This document shows, piece after piece, positions 12,268-24,800 of a stretch of 64,000 nucleotides of DNA. The translations under genes were made by a program, and so were the position numbers. The stretch covers positions 306,706-370,705 of the forward strand of contig JAQGDQ010000218.1 of assembly GCA_030141605.1 (NCBI GenBank), read 5' to 3'. The stretch comes from Tubiluchus corallicola. Taxonomy: Eukaryota; Animalia; Priapulida. Under the pieces are notes generated by a model. The model had not been told where the DNA came from, ran no database searches, and worked only from the letters and a program-made list of their open reading frames with translations. Positions within the stretch are counted from its first letter, which is position 1; every line of letters starts with the position of its first letter.

Positions 12268-12718
12268 CAGTCAACCTCGGGTTTAAGGTACTCGCTTATA
12301 AGGGACCACCAACTCCGGTCCCGATTTTTTGTAACGTTTTTTCTATGTAAAAGTCTTCGTATATAAGCTACTCGGATATAAGGGACAATATCTTCAGGTC
12401 AGGCGTAATAGAAACCCAGGTAAATCACCTCGCATATAAGGGACCCTATGATCAAAGCGAAATTGATCGATTTTTAACCTCAATTTTTCGCAAACTCGGC
12501 CTTTAAAAAGCTCGGTTTCTGCGGTCACATAATCTCGCATCACTGAAGTAGCTTCCTACATACCGTTTGCACTGAATGTGTAGTAACAATCCATAAAAAT
12601 ATGGGTAAAAGTACAGAAATGTACAGGTCTAGATACACCCTCGGGCTATAAGGGACATCGGATATAAGGGATGGTTTTTTCCGGTCCCGAGGCTATCCCT
12701 TATATCCGGGGTTGACTG
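12268..12718. mobile_element. Tc1/pogo (Tigger-like) MITE
   Basis: Termini CAGTCAACCTCGG / CCGGGGTTGACTG followed by TA; repeated internal ATAAGGGAC motifs. Confidence 0.8.
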
Positions 12719-12766
12719 TACATGACATTGTAATTGCTGTTTAACGTTTAGGCTTCAAGGAACATC

Positions 12767-12856
12767 ATGAAGATTGCTGTAGAAGGATGTTGCCATGGAG
12801 AATTAGACAAAATTTACGAGACGGTGAAATACATAGAACAGCAAGATCAAATAAAG
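12767..12856 (+). CDS. DBR1: DBR1 coding exon 1
   Basis: [30 protein letters not shown], then gtga. Confidence 0.95.
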
Positions 12857-15800
12857 GTGAAATGATTTTGTGACTTAAACTTTATTTATTTCATGTTTTG
12901 GTGGTTATACTTTTTGAATAGTTCTTTACTTTAGTTGTTTTTGATTTGACTTTATTTAAGCTGGAACAATGTTAAAATGCATGAAAGTCCCACATAGAAT
13001 CGGGCCCCACTGGGACGAACGGGGGGTGAAAAACTTCCAAAAATTGCCATTTTTCAGCCGTTTTTGCAAAACGTTACCTCTTATTTCTGAAGAACGGGGG
13101 TGGTGCTGGGTATGGATAGATAGCCCGTTCAGCGGTGGGTGTAGTATGCATATTTAGAATATGCGAGAGGACCACGGCGTCCCGCAACGGGCATTTTCCC
13201 CGGACCCAACTCGCGATTTTTTCGAAATTTTGACCAAACAGCCTGCAGAAAAAACGTTCTAACGGCGCCTGGTGGGACTTTCGTAAGGAGATATATAGGT
13301 CTTTAGAAAGAGCAAGAACAGGGCTACACGATGGTGTGGGCTGCATTTTAGGACACGTCCACCAAAAGGAGTACCGACGAGTTAATTAGATGTTCTATTT
13401 TTGGCAATTTTCGCTTAGAAAACTGCTGATGCAATGCCATTGTTCTGACGTCATCCATTGTACTCTGTCTATAACCTTATCACTTTAATTCAGTAAAAGC
13501 TGCTGCTGCTGGCTTTGCATTAGATAAACAAACGGACACTAGGTAGAATGTTTGCGCAATTTTGATTATAAGTGTATTTATACGCAATTTTTTTGCAGGG
13601 CCTTTGCTATCAATTAATTAATTTATAATACGTTTACATATATCACTTGCTGACAGTAAACTTGATACCTGCGCCTGAAATCAAATAGGCCTCTCATTTT
13701 TGGGCTTTATGTAGAGTTACGCCTGTATAATTTATAACGTTGTAACATGTTATTTCTCTTTCTCTCATTCACTAACTCTTTCAATCAGCAAGCTATTGAT
13801 AGACATTTTTCCAAATTTATATAACAGTCGTTAGAATAATGTAGATATCTGTTTTCAGAAAAAAAGGCCAAAGACGTAATGACAAGTGAATCTCCAAAAT
13901 ATATGCAGAGCATTTCTTACAGTGGCCACTAATTCATTTACAGATCAGACTCATTGACACTTATTTACCTATAGACAAGCGCATACAGTGACCACTGAGC
14001 TATTCGTCTTCTCTAACGTGTTACAAATCTGTTTCTTATCTTACTAACTTTCCATAGTGCTAAATGTAGCAAAAAGTGCTATTCAGGCTATGTTTATATA
14101 TGATCAATTGCAATGCTTTGACCCTATAATAAACTACTGTACAGTGCCGTAAGACTTACCTGTCTTTGTCATAAAATAAATGTTCATTTCTCATTCTGGC
14201 TAACTCTTATCTTTGATAAACATTACGATGAAAAACATGCCATAAACACATTGACCCTTGCACCTTGCTATGGTATAGAATAGTTATTTCGTCAACATGT
14301 TATCACAGATAGCTTAGGGTGAATACACGTCTTCAAGAATTTGATCTGTTACCAAGCAGAACACATTTTCTAACATATAGTTGAATAAGCAAATAATATT
14401 ACTCTTAGCAAAACAGTGTCATCATGTATAATCGTGACCAAAGACTACAAGACAGAACTCGCGGTGAAACAGAGCTTACAAAAGCCATTGCAGCTGGTGA
14501 TTATAATAAAGCAATGAAGGAAATTAGCGCTCACAGAAATGAGGAATACTTGAACGAAGGACCAGACCACTACTCCCCACTTTACATGATTCTTGGAAGT
14601 GGTCGTGAAAAGATAATTCATCTTCCTTTGGCAAAGAGTTTAGTTGAACATGGAGCAAACTTAAACCTGCAACTTGACATGATATCTGGTGATACTCCAT
14701 TCAACGCGCTGCTTTTCTTATATCTAAGATGGGAATTGTACCATGTTCGTTATTCAGTTCCCATTATTGGATTAGACTGGCAACAAATTCATCAAGAAGA
14801 AATATATAAAGAACAAATAGAAACGCTCATTCGGCTCTTCATCAGCTATGGGGCCGATGTTAATGCAACTTATAGAGGTGCCCCTATTATTCACGCTCTT
14901 GTATATGAAATTCCATGTGAGACAAAGCTGTTGCGGTTACTATGTGAAGCGGGTGCAGACGTCAATGTAAAAGGCCATGTTTATTTACTTTTACCGTGTT
15001 TACCTCTTGTTGTAAGCTATTGTGTTCCTCTGCATTTAAGCATGTGTCACGCAGATTTTACAACAGCAAGAGAATTGATCCACTATGGTGCAAAGACAGG
15101 AATTAGAGCAACTTTAGAATTATCAATTTAGCGGGAGAAGGATGGAATTTTCTCCTCTCATGTTCTTCCTCATCAGGCAAGGACTTCTCTCATATTATGA
15201 TCAAAATCAGAAATACAAAGAGAAATATAATCACTTATCTTCACTAGTAGACAATGGTTTCTTTGACGATTCAAGCATTGAAAATGAACTTAAGGAACAA
15301 TTAAAGTACTTTCCAGAGTTTAGAATCTGTGCGGATATCCAAAATCTAGTTGGAAAACTGTATGGTTGTGCTACTAGTGACTTGAAGCAACTGTGTGTTA
15401 GAGAACTGGCAAAGAAAATTAGCTTTGATGATACATCTGCCTCTAAACTACAGCAACTAGTTGTAGACTTACATTTGCCTACTATTCTTTTAGATAGGCT
15501 TTATTTGGAAGCTTTCAAGTATCAAATGCCCTCTAATCTTGTTAAAAAGTTGTAAAAATGTTTGATATAGCAATTTCAAAAAAAGACGTTCATAAACGAA
15601 TTTGTCTCGACAATGAGTAAAATTCTCAAAACTCATGAACCATGTATAGTAATTTCTGTAGGATTCGTGAATGATTTAATTTGCCGCAGGTAGAATTTTG
15701 CGTAGATTGTAAGTTGTGGAGAGTGTGAATTTAAAAAATAAAATGGGTTGTGTATCCATTGCGTAGTACATAATTATGACAACAAATATTATTTAATTTT

Positions 15801-18800
15801 ATATAATTATATAGCACAACTCTTGCGTAATATTAGAATGGCGAGCATAACCATTAGCCTGTGTTTATTCCAGAATACCATTTTCTAGTATGTCAGTTAA
15901 CACATTGTTACCAGATATAACATATATCTTCACTATACCAGACGATTTTGTAGAATAATATATACACTGTACCTGGATTTTTATAATAAGTTGCATGGAT
16001 GCTGAAATAAAAAATTATTTTATGCACTACTACATGGATTCAGATTATAAACTACTTATTTGGTAATTTATGCTTTAATTGTACAGTAAAATAATAATGA
16101 AAAAACTCTGCTGATAATGTTCGTGTGGAGACATAAATTACATACTTTTACTTTGTTACAATAACTGTAGTCATGGTATGGCCTGCATGTTGAGTCAAAT
16201 ATATCTGAATAAGCACTGATTTTATTTTTTTTTGTGATAATAAATCTTTATTCATAAAATAAATAACATATGTACAAAAGAGTGCTTCTTTTCGTTTACC
16301 ATTGCATCATAAACTATATCGTCAAACAAGGAAAGTTGTTTTACCTAACCATGCAATAACACCATACAGTGTAATCGGCAAAATGGCAGTTTTATAAAAA
16401 AAAATTTGCAGTCGCAGTAATCATCATATCTCTGCATTTACTAAAGAAATTTTATTTTAATTTCAGCCATCTGCTCAAACTTTTTATGTACATTAACAAG
16501 AACTGAAAACAAAAAATAATAAAGTTGGATACCAAAATCTAAACAAAACAATACAATTATTCAGTAATTAGGATTATTATATGTAGTAGTTTCGAATGGG
16601 GTCTTATTAACAGGGAATTTGACCAAGGTTAGTGAGTAAAGTTAAAAACTGAGAGTATGGAAAGAAAAAAATAAGCATCAAAAAAGTGTAATATAGAAAA
16701 ATTTATGAGAAAAAGTAAGTATGAGAAAGAGCAACAGTTACTTAAGAGATGAGGAGAAAAAAGAAAAGAAAGAAAAACTTGCTAGCTTGTTTAATAGTCT
16801 TACAAATTATGTTCTACAGGTATGTTCATTTAGTAAGATTTTTGTGTATTTTTTGTAAGCATTTTTGAATCTGAATTCAAATTCAGTTTTAAGGCTTTTT
16901 TGGTGACTTTTGAATCATGAACAAAAGGCATTCACGATATGATGGTGCACATACTTTCACTTTGTTCCATAGTAAAACACTAACAATTTGTTTAAAAATT
17001 GTGCACAGACAGAAATGGCAGGTAAATTGTGCTAATTGCATGCTGATTCTAACATTTTAATGATAAAAAATGCATGTAGTTGAAGTACTGAATTACTAAA
17101 ATCCATAATTCTAGGTTCTTCGAACTAAAAAAACTCATTCGAACAGTTGACACTAATTTGAATGGTGCTCACCCTTGATAGTGGCCATTGGTGTGTCACT
17201 ATTATTGATCGTTCTTTTAATACACTGAATTCAGCGTCCATTACTACCGCTGGCATCCTTCTGTCTCGGAAGACAAATGGAATGTGCGCCAAGAGAGTCC
17301 GATCCTTGAACGTCTCCAGGGCGCATGCCTGGGCAAGGTGTATGGAGATTCTGAGTTGCCCAGACAACATGAACCCCCTCTCTTCCTCCCTGGTGTAGTC
17401 CAAAGGAACATGGAGCGATACGTTTGGCACCAGGTTGGCTGCAGGAGCTGCCGGAGTCAGTGAGCATGCTGCGCTGGTCCACCTTCGGGGCTCCACTCCT
17501 GATTTGGAAGGTTTACTCCTCTACACATGGCCATTGGGTCACTTGACCTCTTCCACCCTCTAGCCGTTGACTGTTTGTACAGCTCCTCCGCCTAGTGTCG
17601 AGATACAGTGTAGGCATCCCGCATGCCTACAGCACCTGGTATTCCTAGGCGGTCCCCCATCCAAGCAGTAACCAGGCTCTACGTTGCTTAACTTCGGTGA
17701 TCAGACGACAACCGGTGTTTTCAACGTGATTTGGCCGTAGTTATATAATACATACTAGTCTTTTATAGTCATTAATGTTTTAAATAATATGAATGCCCTT
17801 AAAAATGCTTCAGAATTTGTTAAGTCTATTTGATGCCGACAGGTGTCAGTATGAGTCGAGGGCGTTTGCCATGATTTTGTGAATCAATAAAGTGTCATTG
17901 TCTGTTCAATAAGCTTTTTCTATGCTGTGTCCTTAGCAGTTTCCATGGTAACAGAGAGTAGTTTCCCGCGATCTTAAAAATTTACCAGTTATCAATTATT
18001 TCAGGCGGCACTTATGTTGTCGGCCAAACTACTCTCTGTTACCATGGAAACTGCTAAGAACACAAAGCTTATTGAGGAGACAATGATAACACTTTGATAC
18101 ATAAACTCATAAAATCATGAGTTTTCATTATAATGTTAGATTGACTTGTTGTTGTGCTGCGGTGACTTCCAAGCTGTGAGAAATCGTTCAGATTTGACAA
18201 GTTTAGCTGCTCCTGCAAAGTACCAACTATTAAACACGTTTTACAAGTAAGTAGTATTCTGTTTAATATTTCACTATGTACAGTATGTGAACGGCAGCCG
18301 TGATTTGAAAATTCATCTTATAAGTACACTTTATTTTTTCAAAAGTTTTAAGCAGGGGTGTGCAAATTATCTGACTAGCCGGGCCACATTAAACTCTTCC
18401 GCAATTCCTGTGGGCCAGAGGCAGTTTGGTCAAGGAGCCAAGTACAGAACGGCCTAATAACGATTTTTTTGCATCCAACCTGCGTACATCATTACTACTA
18501 CACTCAAGAAACTATTTTAGAAGTTATTAAAATTTATATTACAAACCATATATTTCTACTTTCAGGACAGATAGTGGTAATTTCATTACAATGCATATTA
18601 GTAATGTGTATCACACAGTCTGTGTAGCTGTGACATTAAGCTACAACCGTCTTGTAAGTGTTAATGGCATCCGATCTAGTAGAAAAAACTACCCGCTCTA
18701 TCTTTGGGATCGTGGCACGGACTTCACCTGGATACACTCAATTAATCGCCCGGGCCGCACTTTCATTAGGTTGACAAATCTCTTCGCGGGCCGCACAAAT

Positions 18801-21800
18801 TCCCTTGGCGGGCCGCAAGTGGCCCGTGGGCAGCTGTTAAACTTTCAAAGCTACTCGCGGCTCAGCGAATCCATTAAGACTGGCACAGGTGCCTTTTTGT
18901 CACATTTTTGTGGCCGAGAAATAGGCGTAGTACCGTGATAAGCATAATCATGGACTACACTGTTCATCTGTGACATCAGTGTGAAGTAGTACTCATTTTC
19001 GTGACATCACGTCAGCGTGTTATAGAAACCTTTGCTTACGCAGACATGCAGGGAAGATATCTACCATTTTACAAACTGTGGTTAGTTTGTGATGTAAGCA
19101 ATAGCTGTGTTCGGTTGCCATTAATTACTTTCCTAGGTAATTATGCAAATATTAGTAACAATTGCCAACTTTTATAGGCAAGATAATGTATATTTTGGAC
19201 AGTAAACTAAAATGAGATTGAGTCTAAACAATCGTTCAGTTTTCCTTTAAGATTTGGACAATTTTCTCAAGAGGCTTTGCATTTGTGAAGCAAAGAGTCT
19301 CATCTTTTCTTTGTGATTTTAATTATTATTTTGATGGGCCTTTTCAACTTTTTGAAATTCATTAATTAACTTACTTAACAGGTTATCCTGCTTGCACGTG
19401 TTTAATAATCAAAATGAAACATTTACAGGTATTACTCAGGTGAGAAGACCGCACCTGTACTGACAATATTTGTAGGAGGAAATCACGAGGCATCGAATTA
19501 CTTAGCGGAACTACCTTATGGAGGTTGGGTCGCCCCGAACATCTACTACATGGGTACAAATATCTAAAAATATTTGAATTTTTAAATAAATACGTGGCCA
19601 AACTGGCCATATATATTAATTTTGTGCCACATGTTATTTAGTACCAAATATATTATGTTTCTTACAAAGAGTTAATATTTTTATTCTAGTCGACACCTCA
19701 AAACTAAGTGTATGGTTAGACATGCTTTCATGGAATAATTGTATTTTGCACTGCACATATCTAGTAGCTACAGTTTGTTTTTATTAGCTAAATTATAGAG
19801 CGCAGCCTGATAAACTTTAGTTTCTAAACTCAGTAATGTCAACCAGCTTTTATGCTAAACTTAAATTTTGTAAAAAATTGTTTAGTTATTAATTTCTTAA
19901 GCCGATACTAAGATAGTTATAATAATAGTAGTACTATTATTACTTAATAGTACTACTATTACTTAATAGTACTATTATTACTTAATAGTACTATTATTAC
20001 TTAATAGTACTATTATTACTTAATAGTACTATTATTATTATTATCTTTATTTAAAGTTGGCTTTTTGGATGAACAATTAACACGTGGAAGTTGGAATTGT
20101 ACATTGTAGTTAGGTGCTGCCATCTATGTGCTAATCTTGTTACATTCTACCAGCTGATTTACCTTCAGTATAATTGTATGGTCCAGTGAGTACATACACA
20201 CTGGTCCTCTCCCTATCTAACATTAATGGTTGTTGTGAAGCCTGTGCAACTCTGCATATGTCAAGTTTATTGTACATTGTAGTTAGGTGCTGCCATCTAT
20301 GTGCTAATCTTGTTACATTCTACCAGCTGACTTACCTTCAGTATAATTGTATGGTCCAGTGAGTACATACACGCTGGTCCTCTCCCTATTTAAAATTAAT
20401 GGTTCTTGTGAAGCCTGTGCAACTCTGCATAGTTCAAGTTCTACACCTGAATACCTGGCTGTGAAACAGGTTTTACTGACTGTTTTTGCTTTCTAGTTTT
20501 TGCTCAATGTTCAGTGCAGCAGTTTTCTATAGTTTAATAAACACTTTTCTGTTGTGTGCAGTGCAAATATTATTATAGATTTTAGGTTCCTATCCATACT
20601 TCTCTGTGTCTAAACTCAATCATAACAAAGTGACTGAACAACAATTTCAAAAATGACTTTCACAACACAAGCTCCAAAGAGGTTTTGTCCCGACTGTAAA
20701 TAACAATCTACAACTACATAACAGTAGGGGTGAACATCGAATGTTCGAATTCGATTCGAACGAGTTTTTTTATTCGAATTCGTTTCGAACCTAAAATTAT
20801 AGATTCGAAAAATTCAGCACTATACGCACATGCGTTTTTTATCATTAAAATGTTTGAAGCAGCGTGCAATTAGCGCAGTTTAGCTGCAGTTTCTGTGCAA
20901 AATTTTTAACAGACTAATAATGGCTTTACTGCTGAACAAAGTCAAGCAATATGCACGATCTTTGTAAGAGTTAGTTTTTATTAATGGTTCGAAAACTTGT
21001 TCCCAAACCTTTCAGACGTAATTCGAATTCGATTTGCATTCGAAATACCAAAATTCGGTTCAATTCGAATTCGAAAGTCACAAATTCGATGCGAATTCGC
21101 TTTTTGGTCACCCCTACATAACAGAGACTATTATTACCCCACTTTTGCCCTAAATACCACGTGCCAGGCAGGGCAATAGGTGGTATCCTTTAAAATGTTA
21201 AATTTTCTGGTATTACCCAGCTGCTGTATCGAACTCACGACCTCTCAGATGGAAAATGGACTACTATAAACCGTCTGGCATAACTGTTCAATTATTCATT
21301 GTTCAATGTTCATATTCGGATATTCATTCTGTTGCCTTTGTTTTGTTTAAGACACTGGTTATCAAATTCGTTTCATTTCCTAGTAATGAATTTTTTTCAA
21401 AATTGTCTAGCTATGTGTGAAGAATATGAAAGAATATATAAGCATATTTTTATGCTATCTTCTTGCAACAATATCTTTCTAAATCACATATTTTTTCATA
21501 ATTTCGCGTAATAAGCCCTTTTGCAGTTTCGATATGCGCATGCGCCGTTGCTGTAGGTCAAAGGTCAAGTGTACCGTAGCAATGCGTCTAACTACAACTG
21601 TCACGTGACGTGTGTAAAGCAAAGCTGTCTACCGCATCAGTTCAGTAACTTTATTTGTTTTACTTGGGCTTTACTTAATTATACATTAGTGTGTGCATAG
21701 GATGATTTACTAGTATGTTCTTGCTTGGGAACAAGAAATAATGAAGGTTTTAGCTAGCTGTTAAAACTGTTGCCATTACAATAGCATGGGCTGCGAAGCG

Positions 21801-24800
21801 TTGTCAAGTGTACGCAAATGCGTTGTCTGGCACACTTAATCTTTGACCTTTTCACGATCATCATCAATCGCTGGAACTGCGAAAAGGCTTATTTAGTAAG
21901 TGTTAATTGTTTTGTTTAGGATATGCGGGAGTAATTAACTATGGTGGACTTCGCATAGCCGGCTTGTCGGGTATTTATAAAGGTCCAGATTACTTGAAAG
22001 GTCATTTTGAGAAACCTCCATATTCGGAAGACACAAAAAGAAGTGTGTATCATATCCGTAACCTTGAAGTGTTTCGACTCAAACAGGTAAAACTCAAACA
22101 GTATAACATAAAAGCCACTTCTCTACAAAGTGACTTAAAATAAAAGCCTTAAAGGAAGGAACAAGTTATTCAGTATGTTGGGTTTATTTTACTGTTATCA
22201 CTTAAACTGTTTGTGGTGTGCTAAAGGAAAGAACAAGTCATTCAGTATGTTGGGTTTATTTTACTGTTATCACTTAAACTGTTTGTGGTGTGCTAAAGGA
22301 AAGGACAAGTCACTCAGTATGTTGGGTTTATTTTACTGTTATCACTTAAACTGTTTGTGGTGTGCTAAAGGAAAGAACAAGTCATTCAGTATGTTGGGTT
22401 AGTCTACTGTTATCACTTAAACTGTTTGTGGTGTGCTAAAGGAAAGAACAAGTCACTCAGTATGTTGGGTTTATTTTACTGTTATCACTTAAACTGTTTG
22501 TGGTGTGCTAAAGGAAAGAACAAGTCACTCAGCATGTTGGGTTTATTTTACTGTTATCACTTAAACTGTTTCTGGTGTGCTAAAGGAAGGAACAAGTCAT
22601 TCTGTATGGTGGGTTTATTTTACTGTTATCACTTAAACTGTTTATGGTGTGCTAAAGGAAAGAACAAGTCACTCAGCATGTTGGGTTTATTTTACTGTTA
22701 TCACTTAAACTGTTTCTGGTGTGCTAAAGGAAGGAACAAGTCATTCTGTATGGTGGGTTTATTTTACTGTTATCACTTAAACTGTTTGTGGTGTGCTAAA
22801 GGAAAGGACAAGTCACTCAGCATGTTGGGTTTATTTTACTGTTATCACTTAAACTGTTTGTGGTGTGCTAAAGGAAAGGACAAGTCATTCAGTATGTTGG
22901 GTTTATTTTACTGTTTTCACTTAAACTGTTTGTGGTGTGCTAAAGGAAAGGACAAGTCATTCAGTATGTTGGGTTTATTTTGCTGTTATCACTCAAACTT
23001 AGAAAAATAGAACGAAGAAATTTGTAAAAAACCATGTATAGAACCATGTATATTCTACCTCTGAATAGAAATTTTTAAGCCTCGTGGTTGCCGCCATTCA
23101 CTTGAAAATCATGACATAACTGGGAGACTTCGTGAGTTTTCCCGAGCGCATCCTGGCTTTCCGTAAATGCGCCCTGCTTAAACTAATTCAAACTTCTACA
23201 GCCTACCTAATGTTCATGCAAAAATATTACAAAATTATCTATCTATTTTTAGTAAAAACTTATTATACTTTTGACAAAGATTGACAGTGCACTACTTTTC
23301 TTCAAGACGAATGACGTCACTGGAAGAAGAATGGGTATTGAAAATGGGAGCGTCCAAGCATGAAATGATCGAGACTTTAAAGTGATTTTACTAATTACAC
23401 GAGACGCTTATTGCAGTTTTATTACTAAATCCTTCTAAAATTTTTTGTGAACATTGAAATAAGCCTTACCTCCTAGAATGCTTGACTTCTCCTTTAAAAG
23501 TTTCCAAGTTGCGAAGTATAATATTAGTTTTTGGCATTCTTTGCATTTTGCTCACTGCTTATGGATATTTTCTCGCTTTAGTTAAAAAAATAAAACGTCT
23601 TTAAATCTTCATATTTTTGATGAAAATTGTGCAATTAGTAAGTTAATGATATCCAGAATTAAGATCTCTGTTGGCTTGTTGTATCGTATATAATTAGTGC
23701 CACCTGCTGGAAAATAGTTATAAGTTTATTTATTTCCACTCTGCATCTAACAGTTATAATAAAAATACAGATAATTTCACTGAAGTAAATATAAATATAA
23801 ATGCAATATAATCCAGAAATTACAAAAGAATTACAGAATAATTTTGATGCATACAGTTTGAGCCTAAAAGCATAGCTTGACAGGCCAAACTGTACGTGGA
23901 AATCTTAAATAAGTGATTAATAATTGAAATAATGATAATATATACATAAAAAGTTGGGGGGGGGAGTAGTGAATGAAAAATGAAATGGAGCGAGAACTAA
24001 GAAAAACTGTGTCTCCTCTATTCCTCTCACAATAAGCGGCTCTTGGCATTTTATACTGTGTAGATATTTTCAAGGTCGCCAGCAGGCGGAAGCACTGAAG
24101 CACGTACAGCCAGAGAATTTCTTAAATTATAAATTTTTTTTGTAGGTAAATAAAAAATTTTTAGCAATAAACCAAGAAACGCATCAATCCTTGTTTCTCT
24201 GGGCAATGATGAGTTTTAAACTAGTGAACTTGCCTTAAGAAACAGCTTCTAGCAACCGCATAATGGTCTAAAATGCAGTAAAATACACGTGTGGCCGAGA
24301 CGTTCTGTCGTTTAGCTGTGTCTGGTGGGAAAAATTAGCACGCATGCAACTTTTGTATGGACAGTGGTCAGTGGGTGGACTGTAAACTGAACAGTCTCAA
24401 ATCAGTTTTACGTTTGACTGTCCACATTTTGCTGGATAGATAATCTTGACACTAAATAAATTAAGCTTAACTAATGGGTCATCCGCATTGCAGTATATTA
24501 CGAACTTGCTTTTAACATATATGAATACTACAATAGAATACAATGAATATTACCTGGGTAAATGTAGGTAAAATGTATTTATTAAAGCAGAATTTTTCAT
24601 GTTTAAGGAAGTCTGTGTACCAGAATTTAGATCTCATTTGAGGCCTCCAAATTGTGCTTAAATACAGGAAAATTCCTTGTTGGCCGGGGTTCCTCCCTGG
24701 TGCCCGCTGGGGGAGTTTACAGACCCCCCAGACCTCCTAGCTGCTTGTGTGTCAGGTTTTTTAAACTCTGCCGGCGCCCTTGGATATTTTATTTTGTATG

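Noticed and set aside
17625-17741. Functional 5S rRNA genes (also 48857-48972 and 53435-53551)
   Set aside because: Dispersed, mutually diverged, without an oligo-T terminator, and fused to a shared retroposon body with a TSD.
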